Source: Cyanophora paradoxa CCMP329 (lineage: Eukaryota; Plantae; Glaucophyta). From it: a stretch of 64,000 nt of DNA. This document shows positions 36,063 through 46,289 of the stretch, one piece after another. The stretch spans positions 124,886 to 188,885 of the forward strand of contig QPMI01000169.1 of NCBI GenBank assembly GCA_004431415.1, read 5' to 3'. The notes beneath the pieces are model-generated. The model was not told where the DNA came from. It worked only from the letters and a program-made list of their open reading frames with translations, and ran no database searches. The position numbers and the translations under genes were made by a program. Within the stretch, counting starts at the first letter, position 1; each line of letters opens with the position of its first letter.

Positions 36063-36313
36063 CTACGACTTGCGCCTGTGGGCCGGGGCGGGGGCGGGGC
36101 GGGCTCGGCGCCCAGGTCCTTGCACGCCCGCCAGGCGGCCCCCATGTAGAGGGCCGCGCCTGCGCGGGGCCGGGGCGTGGGCGGGGCCCCAGGACGGCAG
36201 CGGAGCAGAGCAGGTCCGAGGGACGTACTGTAGACGGCGAGGACTGTAGCACTGTAGAAAAGGACCAGGCCGGTCCAGTACCCGTACTGCGCGGGCGCCC
36301 GGCGCTGTGACCA

Positions 36314-36344
<31 letters not shown>

Positions 36345-37403
36345 CGCGAGCCTGGGCGGCGGGGTCGGAGAGGGCGTCGCGGCGCTCGATCGCGAGGAGG
36401 ATGAAGAGGGCGCCCATCTGCGGGGCGGGCGGGCCGGCCTCAGGCCCGCCGCGGGGCCCGAGCTGGGGGCGCGGGGGGGACACCTGGGTGGCGGTCTTCC
36501 ACTTGCCGGCCCACGTGACGGCGACAACGTCGCGCTTGCCGACCGTCGCCATCCACTCCCGCACCGCCGAGATCGCTGCCGCGCCGCCTCTGATGCCGCC
36601 CAGGAGGGCGGGGGCGGGGCCGGCGCACCGAACTCCCGCGCGATCATGATGCAGCACGGCACGGAGACCACTGCACACGGGGCGTCAGCTACAGGCGGCG
36701 CCTGCGCGCGGTCTGGTGCGGCAACGCGAGGCGGGGCGAGACTCGGGGCACCAGGGGATGGGTGCTCCTCGATCAGGCTGGCCATGCCCAGCGCTCGGGC
36801 ATCAGCCGCGCCGCGGAACGCACGAAGGATGAAACGGCGGGCACCTGATGAGGGAGAGGGCTACGAGGAGCTGCGCGGGCGCCGCGGGAGCTTCAGCGCT
36901 AGCTTCGGTGATGACTAGGGCGGGTTTCGGGCGCGGGGCGCAGGCTCGCCTTGTCCGCCACCGGATCGAGGAAGGCACCGAACTTCGTGCTCTGCCCGCG
37001 TTCGCGTGCGCGGTGAGGCGGGCGCGCTTCGCGAGAAGGGCACAGCAGGCACCATGCCGAGCTTGCGGGCCGCGAAACCATCGAGGAAGTCCGTAAACTG
37101 TCCATCGGGATTCGGGAGAGCATTTAGCGCTCGCTAGCGGGGCTGCGCGCCCCCAGGTCGCACGCACGCCAGCAACGCCGAATAGAAGCGCGGAGCTCTT
37201 GTACTGACCCAGAGCTCGCAGGAGCATGAGCAACGGGACGAGACCGATTCTGAGATCGTACGACATCAGCGCGACGGTACAGGCACCCGCGCGCGGGGCA
37301 GAAAGGACCTTGTTAGCGTTATCCACACAGCGAGGTTGAACTCGATCCTGTGCTCGTGCCCGGGCCCAGCTTTGTGAGCTGTGCTCTCTGACTTGTGCAC
37401 CAT
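36063..37403 (-). CDS. pgsA: Second PgsA paralogue (copy 2)
   Basis: Duplicate of 31698-33039; a one-base difference in a G-run of the last exon shifts the extreme C-terminus. Confidence 0.85.
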
Positions 37404-37802
37404 TCGGCTGGAAGCTCGTACGCGTGCAGACGAGCGCACTGCCAATTGCGCGACCGCAGCTGCTCGAAGAAGTGGTTCGCGGGGCGGGATGCGGGCAGCC
37501 CGATCACAAGGCTAAAATAATCTAAAACGAAGGCCGGGCGGCTGCTGATCTTGGATCACACGCTTTTGACGGGGGTACGTACAGCTAGAGTTGGTGGGTA
37601 GAGAGTTCCGGGAGGTCAACCAGGGCCCGTCGAACCGGAGACACCGGCACTCGGCGAGGTCGGAATCTTGAAGGGAACCCCAATCTTATCCAAGGATATA
37701 CCACAAGCAGCGCCCCGGCCGCGTCCGACGGTCAGCTAGGCCAGCCGCCTCCGCGCAAGTTGTTCCCGGGCGCTCCGCAACTGCCTTTCCTCAGCCTTCA
37801 TC

Positions 37803-38819
37803 ATGGGTGGTGCAGTAGCCAAGGTAATTGCAACAGTAGCCTCGGCGCAAGCGAGGGTTATGCATTGACCGCCGTCCCGCTCCTCGCCAGGTGAAGGAGG
37901 GCTTCAACAGTGCCAAGGAAGGGATCTCGAACAAGTTATCGAAGAGTGCGTCTCCGGGCGCCTGATCGACGTCTGGGGTCGGATGGGCGCCGCCGGGTCG
38001 CTGATCATCCCCGCAGAATGCGGGCCGTGCGGCAAGGACGGCCAGCCCGTGAAGATCAAGGGTATGATGGAGATCAACATCCGACTTCCGGACAAGAGCG
38101 GGACCGATAAGGTCGGTGGGCGCCGCGCCAGCTGCCGGTCCCCGCTCAACTTCGCCGCGGCCCGCCCGCAGATCGGCTACCTGTACATTCCGAAGGACTT
38201 CGTGGGCCCCGGGCCGGACCCCGCGCCCGCGGCGCCGGCCGCCGCTCCGGCCGCTCCGGCCGCCGCTCCTAAAGCCCCTGCCGCGCCCGCCGCCGCCGCC
38301 GCCCCCGCGGCCGCGCCAGCCGCCACCGCTGCACCCGCGCCCGTTGCGGCCGCTCCGGCGGCGCCCGCCGCCGCCGCCGCCGCCCCGGCGGCGCCCGCTG
38401 CGCCAGCCCTCCCGGCTGGCTACGCCGTGCCCGCCCTGCCCGCCCTGCCCGCCCTGCCCGCCCTGCCCCCGATGCCCCAGGTTCGACCGATTCGCCCCGC
38501 CAATGAACACCGCGCGCCGCCGCTGAGGCGATCGCGGGGCAGTGGCCGGGGTACCCGGCGGCGGCGGCGGCGCCGCGGGCGTACGCGGCGGACCCGAGCG
38601 ACGACGCCGTCGACGCCGCCGGCGACGACCTCTTCGCCGACGTGCGTGTACCCCCCGGCCCCGCCTCCCCTCGCCGCCCCCTTCCGAGCCTGGGTGCCGG
38701 CGCAGGGGAACGGAGAGCAGCTGGCGGAGGGATGGGCGGACGGGGAGGGCCACGGGCAGATCGCCCTCGAGTTCGACGACGGACGCCCCGACGCCTACGG
38801 CGCCTCCTCCCTCCTCTGA
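37803..38819 (+). CDS. Uncharacterised small Ala/Pro-rich protein with acidic tail (copy 2, intact)
   Basis: Five GT-AG introns give a continuous frame ending QIALEFDDGRPDAYGASSLL*. Confidence 0.7.
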
Positions 38820-38890
38820 GCGCTTTCCGTTCACGCGATCGCGCTGTTGTGAGCGAAATCATCGAGTGCACGTGCACGCACGGCAGCGGG

Positions 38891-41635
38891 CTACGCGGGG
38901 GCGGCGGGGGCGGGGACGGGCTCGGGGTCCGGGGCGGCGGGGGAGAGGGAGAGGGTCGGGGGAGGGGCGGCGGGGAGGGGCTGGGCGTTGAGGGCCGGAG
39001 AGGTGAGGGCGCTCGAGGCGAGGGAGGCGCCGGGCCTCGGCGAGGTCGAGACGAAGATGGCGGGGGCGGCGAGGGCCTGCAGCCCCGCCGCCGCCTCCAA
39101 CGCAGCATCCGCCATCTCCCCTGGCGCCCCGCCCCGCCGGTCAGCTGGAGCCGGGGGAGGGGGGCCGGGGGGCCGGGGGGGGGGGGGGGGGGGGGGGGGC
39201 GGGGCGGACCGGGGCGCATGGAGAGGGAGCGGCTGCTCGCGATGCGCGCCTTGGTCCGCGAGCGCGCCAGGCGCCCTGCGGGGAGCGGCGTCGGCGCGGG
39301 GCCGCGGCGGCGCCCCGGCCCCCTTCGCGCGCGCACGCTGCTCGTCGAAGTCGGGGGCCGGCTCGCGCGGGGGCGGGGGCAGGCCGTGGCGCTCGCAGAA
39401 GGCGCCGAAGGCGGCCTCGGGGATGGAGAGGGCGGCGCGCAGCACGCCGAGCACCTCCAGCACCTCCGGCACGTGCATGTCCGCCGGCCGCAGGCTCGCC
39501 ACCACCACCAGGAACGCCCGCTCTGCCCCCCGGCGCCTCAGAGAGAGAGAGAGAGGGCGGCGCGCGGGGAGGAGGGGCCGGGGCGCGCCGTCGAGCTGGA
39601 TGCCGTCGACGAGCATGCGCTGGAGCTGGGCCATGATGTAGCGCACCGCCTCCTGGCTCGCGCTCCCCTGCGCGAGCACGCGCTGCGCCGCCAGCACGTA
39701 GGCCGCCGAGGAGGCCGCCGAGGTCGTGGAGGCGATGCGGGCGAGGGCGTGGCCGCGCTCGCTCTCGAGGCGCATGGCGGCGAGGCCCTCGTGGGGCCCC
39801 GGGGCGGCGGCCCCCGCGGCGGCGAAGCGGAAGCCGCGGAACTTGGCCTCGAAGACGCGCCGCCGCTCGAACTCCTTCTCCCGCAGCCGCTCCCGCAGCC
39901 GCTCCTCCTGCGCCCCGTGCGCCTCCCAGAAGCCCTCCCGCGCCTCCCGCAGCTGCCACCCGCCTCGCCGCCGGCGGGACGGGGCGGGGCGGGGCGGGGC
40001 GGGCGGGGCGGGGCGGGGCGGGCGGGGCGGGGCGGGGCGGGCCTGGGAGCGGCTGTCGGTGCAGGCGTAGGCGGGCCGCAGGGCGGCGACGTCGGCGTCC
40101 GTGATCTCCTCCCGCAGCTGCCGCCCCGCACGGGCGTCAGCGCGGGGGCAGCGCGGGGGCCTCTCGGGGCGGCGCGCCTTGCGGGTGAGCTTCTCGATGC
40201 GGCGCTCCTCCTCGATGAAGCTCGGCTGCTGCGCCACCCGCCGCGGCGCGAACGGCACCTTCCCCCGCCCCCGCGTCAGGCGCCGGCGAGCGATCGGGCG
40301 GGGCAGGGGGCGGGCGGACGCGGAGGAGGGAGGGGAGGAGGGCCTGGGACTCCTCCGCCGTGAGCGTCGGGGCCTCCTTCTCCCTGCGCGCCCCCTCAGC
40401 TTTGCGGGGCGCGCCCCGGGGCGGCGGGGACGGCGCGCACTCGGGGTAGCGGGCGGACAGGCGGGAGGCGGCCGGCCGCGGGCCGACGCTGAGGGTGGAG
40501 CGCGGCGGGCTCATCCCGCCCATGGGACCCACGCTGAGGGTCGAGGCGGGGGGGAACGAGGCCGTCACGGAGATGGACGCCGCCAGCGAGGCCACGCTCC
40601 CCTCCTGCCATCCGCCACCCTCGGCCCGGCCCGGCGGTGGGGGATGGGAGAAGAGCGGGGGGCGCACCCGGGGGCGCTGCACGGGGACGGAGGCCCGCGC
40701 GAAGCCTCCGGCGGGGGGCGGGGGGCCCGGCGGCGGCCGCGGGGAGCGGATCACGCTGCGGGGAGGGTCGGGATTCGACGCGGGCGGGCGGCGGGCCCTG
40801 GCGCACTCGTCGAGGGGCTCAGTGGCGGCTTTCACTGTGGGGGGGTCGGCCGGGGGCGGGGCGCGCGGGGCGCGGCGGGCCGGGGCCGGGGCGGACGCAC
40901 GGACTTCGGCGGCGCTGCCGCGGGGCTGGAGGGGGAGGTAGATGAAGGGGTCCACCAGGTCTTCGAAGAGGTACCCACCCCGCACGTTCCGCACCCGCGC
41001 GTCGCTCCGCTCGACCGCCCGCTTCAGCTCCTCGAAGGCCGGCCGCCGCCGCCCCTGCCGCTCTGCCCGCCCGGCCTCAGCGGCGCGCAAGCGTCGGGCC
41101 TGCTGCACGCGCACCCCGGGGCTTCTGGGGCGCCGGGGGCTCGGGGTGCTTCGGGCGCTCGTCCTCCCCGCCCGCCGTCGGCGGCGGCCTTGGGACTTCC
41201 CTGCTAGCCCGTGAGGAGCCCGCGGGGCGGGGGGCGCGGGAGGGCTCACGGGCGCGTCCTCCTCCCGTACTCGGGCGCCTGGTTCTTGTAGTTCCGCTTG
41301 ATCTGGAACTCTGCAGCGCAGTTCGACGGGCGAGACGCTGAGGTGACGCGAGGGCGGCGGCGCACCGAGCGCCAGGTCCGGGGTCCCCAGGGGCCTGTAG
41401 TCGAGAGAGCGGTCCGAGAACCAGCCGCGTGTCGAGCGCTCCTCGCTCCGAGCGACTGGCCCTCCGTCAGCGTAGCGGGCGTCAGCGCGGCGGCGACGCA
41501 TTTACCCGCATCGTACTCGGGCTCTTCTGCAGAGCGGAACTGCAGCGGGAGCCGAAGGAGGACCCGCGTGTGCGTGTACTTCGTGCCGGCGTCCTTGTCG
41601 GCCCGCCGCTTAAAGGTGCTCTCCTCCCGGGGCAT
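38891..41635 (-). CDS. Hypothetical multi-exon protein with coiled-coil and low-complexity segments
   Basis: Coding-like exons (ELKRAVERSDARVRNVRGGYLFEDLVDPFIY; SFIEEERRIEKLTRK; AVRYIMAQLQRMLVDG; FLVVVASLRPADMHVPEVLEVL) separated by typical introns. Start MPREESTFK is tentative. Confidence 0.6.
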
Positions 41636-42098
41636 CGCGGCTGGTGCGGATCGTCACCTCCTTCAATAAAAAGCGGGTCTCGCCGGTCGCGTGCGCTGTG
41701 GATCACTTCCTTAGGGTCGCCTGTCAGAGGATCTCGCCATAAGCCGGACGGGGCGCGACCCAAGCGCTGCAGTCGGCTCGCCTCAGCGCTGCTGAGCTGG
41801 CCGCGGCCGGATGGATCCGGAAGCGAGTTCCAGGATGGGCTCGGAGGTCCTAATCGAGTACCACCCGCCAGAGCGAACGAAGCGAACCCGCAAGTGCGAA
41901 CGCAGGCTCGGGCCCTGAGAAGGCGCAGCCTGGGACGGCACGAAAGAAGCTGCACTTCGCGCGCACGAGCGCTAGCGCCCAACTGCGCGCACGAGCGCTA
42001 GCGCCCACCTGCCACACCGCGCCGGCCTACCCACCTAAATGCCGGATGCATGCCACGGCGCTAGGGAATCGATTTGAAACAAAGAAACCACAAGAGAA

Positions 42099-43564
42099 CT
42101 AGAAAAGATTGAGGCCCGTCGTCAGGGCGAAGAGCAGGAAGAGGGCGCCGCTGATGTAGCCAATGGTCTGGCGAGGCCGCCAACGATCAGTCTCGACGGC
42201 GAGACGAGAGAGGAAAGAAGGGAAAAGGGGAACCTTCTCGGAGATGTACTTGGCGAGCAACGCGCCGCCGATAACCGCCACACCAGTGGACATCGCGTGG
42301 CCGAGGATCGCGCCGAGGGCGACGCCTGCGGCCCCGGGCGGGTCGGGCGCCGCCGGCGCGGGGGGAAGAGGGAGGAGAGAGGGGGCGGACCGAGGGGCCC
42401 CTTGGCGGTGGCAAGGGCGATGGTGGCGAGCATGGAGCGGTCGCCCCACTCGTTGATGAAGACGAGGGTGAAGGCCTCCGCGATGATCCGCCACGCCCGC
42501 GACTTGTCCTCCCACGTGTCCACGTCCCCCAGCCGCTTGATCGCCTTCTCCACCTCCTCCTCCGCCTCCTTCTCCTCCTCCGCCTCTGCGCGGGTGGGGG
42601 GCTCGCCCGCTGCCGCCGGGGCGGGGCGGGGCGGGGCGGGGCGGGGGGCGCGGACCGTCCTCGGCGGTGTGCATGTCCCACGAGTTCTTGAGGGTGCGGA
42701 GGCCGAAGAAGACGAGGAGGGCGATGGAGCCGTAGTGCGTGACCGACTCGGGCAGGTACTTCAGCACGCCCGCCATGAGGATGCAGAGGATCTGCCGCCC
42801 GCTCGCCCGGCGCCCCGCGGGCGGGCGGCAGGACGGGCGGGGGCGCGCACGGTCATCGCGGAGAGGGCGCTGAGGGAGCCGGTGAGGACGAGGCTGCGCG
42901 GGTAGCGCATGGCGAGGATCGCAGAGATGAAGAAGGTCTTGTCGCCGATCTCGGAGATGGCGATGAGCACGAGCGATGCCGTGAATCCAGAGAGCGCCTC
43001 CTGCAGGCTCATGCCCGCGACAGTGCCGCCGAAGGCCAGAGCGGGCGTCGCCGCAAGGGCGAAGAGAGCTACGGGCCAGGCGCTGCTCTTCGTGAGCCTC
43101 TCCCACCACGACTCCGGCTCCGCGCGAGAGACGCCGCTAGCATCGGATTCCGCATCGCTCTTGCCAGCCGCCGACGGGGACGACTGCTCTTCGCAGACAG
43201 GACCAGCGAGCGGCGCGACGGACTGGCGCGACGGGTGCCGGAAGAGAGACCGCACAACCCTCGCCGCATGGTGGTGTGCCCCGAAGCTGGAGCGCGCGCC
43301 GCCAAGGAACTCCCGCCGCCCAACGCCGATCACAGCCGACTGCCCTGTCGCGCCGCAGGCATTCGGCCGGCCGTGCGAACATGTAGCCTGAGAGCTGCTG
43401 CCCGATATCCGGAACGCACGCGCCGGTTGGATCACCGCGCGCGGGCTGCTTCGATCGGCGCGTGCCTCGTGCACGGCCACCGCCGAAGTCAGCCTGCATG
43501 CTACACTGTCTGCATAGCTGTGCGAGCTAGACGGCTGGGGCAGGACGAAGGCGTGGCTGGTCAT
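42099..43564 (-). CDS. CMT1: GDT1/UPF0016 family Mn2+/Ca2+ transporter, plastid CMT1 (PAM71-HL)-like
   Basis: Two E-x-G-D-(K/R) motifs: SEIGDKTFF and [15 protein letters not shown]-terminus [22 protein letters not shown] resembles the envelope CMT1 type; long transit peptide starts MTSHAFV. Confidence 0.88.
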
Positions 43565-43722
43565 CGCTCGACGTAATCTCGCAAGCGCGCCCGTACCCGT
43601 CCGGCGGCAGCATTTCTGCGGGCTAGGCATCAGCGCGCATGCAAGTATCTCTACGCGATCAGTGAGCAGCAATACATCAATCCACCGGCGCCTTTCCGCC
43701 GGTCGAGCAAGCGCTTCGAGCG

Positions 43723-46152
43723 ATGAGCTCGACCGAGGAGGAGCTGGAGGAGGCGTTATCGCGCGCGAAGCGCGAGCTCGCTCCGGAGGTTCTGCGGGCT
43801 CTGGAAGCGCTCGAGGAGTTCCTGCCAGAGGTCAGTCCACAGCCGCGCGAGGCTTCTTCCGCTCACGCACGCGCGCGCGGCGGCAGGAACCCTGCGACGA
43901 GGACGAGGATGAGAGCGAGGAGGAGGATGACGCAGATCGGTGCGCGCTTCGCGCGGGAGGGGGTCTCTTGCGTAACGGCGCGCTCGCGCAGCCGGAGAGG
44001 GGCGCTGCAGGCGGAGCTGGCGCTCGTGCGGTTGCTTGCAGGCAGCGGCGCGCGTTCGGGGGCGGCCTCCGTCCCCGAGCGCGACGAGGAGCTCGCGCAG
44101 CTGAAGGTGCAGCCGCGGCGATCGGCCGCTCCGCGCCCTCGCGCGGGGGCGGAGACGCGGCGGCGCAGGCACAGCTGGCGGCGGCGCAGGGGGAGGTCGG
44201 GGGGCTGAAGGCGAGCGAGCAGGCCGCGCCCGTGCATCCCCGGGGCGCCGACGGGGCGGGCGCAGGGGAGCCTCGAGGCGGCGGTGGCGAGCCTGGAGGA
44301 CTTCGAAGCCCTGCGCCGCTGCATCGGCTCCCTCGAGGTGCCCGCTTCCTCCCGGCCGGCGCGGTGCGGCCTCAGGGGACGTGCAGGAGGACGTGCGGAC
44401 GAAGCAGGAGCAGCTGGGCACCCTCCTCGTCGAGCTGACGGCCAAGGTGGCCGCGGCGGCCCCGGACGCGCGCGCGCCCCTGACGCGGCGGCAGACGGAG
44501 CGGGAGGCGAACGTGGAGGCTCAGGCGGAGGCGCTCCTGACGGAGCTCGCGCGCGCGGTGCGCCGGAGCCGCCCCGCCGGCCCTGGGCGCGGCGGCTGAG
44601 GCGGGGGCAGCGGGCGATGGCGGGGAGCGGGAGGCGCAGCTCGCCGCCTCCGAGGCCGACCGCGCCGCCAAGGCCCGGCCCCGCCCCCGCCGCCCCTCCC
44701 CGCCCGCCCCGCCCGAGACGCCGGGCGCGCAGGCAGAGGAGATCGACAAGCTGTGCCAGGAGGTCGCCGAGGTGCCCCGCGCTTCCCGCTCCCGCCGGCG
44801 GCCCTCCCGGCGCCCCCGACGCCCCGGGCAGATGGAGCGGGCGGCGCGGGGGCGCGGGAGGAGGCGGCGGCGGCGGCGGCGCGGGCGGCGGCGGAGGCGG
44901 ATTCGCTGCGGGGCGCCCTGGCAACGCGCGAGGCGGAGCTCAACCACGTCCTCGCCGAGGCGAGGCGCAGTGCCCGCCCGCCCTCTGGCGCGGCGCCCGC
45001 TGAGGGCCTGCCTCTGCAGTGGTCGCGGCTGGAGGAGCGGGTGCGGGAGATGGAGGCTCAGGCCCGCGCCCGCGACTTCGAGTGCGGCCCGCCGGCGCCG
45101 CCCCCGCCCACGCCTCGCCCACGCCCCCGCCCACGCCCCCGCCCCGCCCGCAGCCTGCGCGGCATGGAGCGCTGCGCGCTGGCCGAGGCGGCGGCGCGCA
45201 AGGAGGCGGAGGCGGCGGCGCGGCGGAGCCGGGAGGCCCTCGAGCGGCTGACGCGGCGGGCGCGGGGCCGGCGGCGCGCCTCGAGCAGCGGCACGGGCTC
45301 TGAAGGGACGCCGCCCTCCCCGCGCCCCCGCGCCCCGCGCCCTTCCGGTCCGCCCCGCACTCCCACCACCCCGCCGTCCCCACGCCGCACCCGACGCCGC
45401 GGTGCGCGCAGGCGGCGGGGCGGGGCGGGGCAGCGGCTGCGGCCGGGGCGGGGGCGCCGCTGCGGGTGTGGCTGCGGGCGCACTTCGGCCCGCGCGGCTG
45501 CAGCATCGAGACGCGGAACATGCAGCCGCTCTCCATCCAGGCGCCAGCCCCGTCCCCGCGCCCCCGGCCCCGCCCTCCCTCTCACGCCCCCCCGCCCGCA
45601 GTTCGGCGGGCACCCGCGGGGCTCCCGCGGCAAGCAGCAGCAGTGCCCGCCGCCGCGCCCCCGCCGCGCCCTGCGGCTCCGCATGACACGTGCCCCCACG
45701 CAGGGACGCCGGCCTCCCGTCGGGCACGGAGGGGGTGCGTGCGCGGGCGCGCGCCCCCCGCAGCCGCCAGCCCCGACGCCGGCCGCCAGGTGCTCGAGGT
45801 GCACGCTCTCGTGCAGGTGCAGGCGGCGGCGGCGGAGGGCGCGCCGGGGCCTTCGGGCTCGGGCTCGGGCGCGGGGCCGGTGGCGCAGCAGGCGCAGGAG
45901 CCGCCGGACGTCGGGTCGCTCTCCCTCGACCCCCCCGCCCTCGCGGGCCCGGGGGCCGTCGCCGTCTTCCCCAGCGCCCCGCAGTCCCCCGCCTCCGCGG
46001 GAGGCGGGCTCGCCCCCTCCGGCCCCCCCTCCCCGCGCCCCAAGCCCTGGGGCTCCCCGAGCCCAGGCCCAGTTCCCTCGGGGCCCGTGCGGGGCCTGTA
46101 CGCCACCCCCTCCGAGAGGAGCTCCGCCAGCGACGCCCCGCCGTACTCGTAG
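43723..46152 (+). CDS. Hypothetical coiled-coil protein with Pro/Ser-rich tail
   Basis: MSSTEEELEEALSRAKRELAPEV start; heptad-rich exons (LEAAVASLEDFEAL, WSRLEERVREMEAQ, WLRAHFGPRGCSIETRNMQPL); ends DAPPYS*. Confidence 0.6.
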
Positions 46153-46289
46153 CCCAGTTGCTGCTGGCTAGCGCTAGTCGGACCTCAATGCATACATTTT
46201 ACCAGGTTTTGGTGATACGCAACTAAAACAGCACTAGGCGCAGGCGGCTAGAATCGGCATCTCGGCTGCTGGGCTGCTGGGCGGCTGGG

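Larger units (their letters stand above)
30942..39661. repeat. Direct tandem segmental duplication, ~4.36 kb unit (30942-35297 and 35298-39661)
   Basis: Sequence from ACCGTCCCGCAGTCG (30942) recurs at 35298, and both copies end ...TCCTGGCTCGC. There is a 2-bp GC microhomology at the junction. The differences I found are a 9-bp insertion and small indels in C/G runs. Confidence 0.97.

Noticed and set aside
41700-41770. Possible structured ncRNA (GGGTCGC...GCGACCC stem)
   Set aside because: A single short stem in GC-rich DNA with no recognisable tRNA, snRNA or SRP features.
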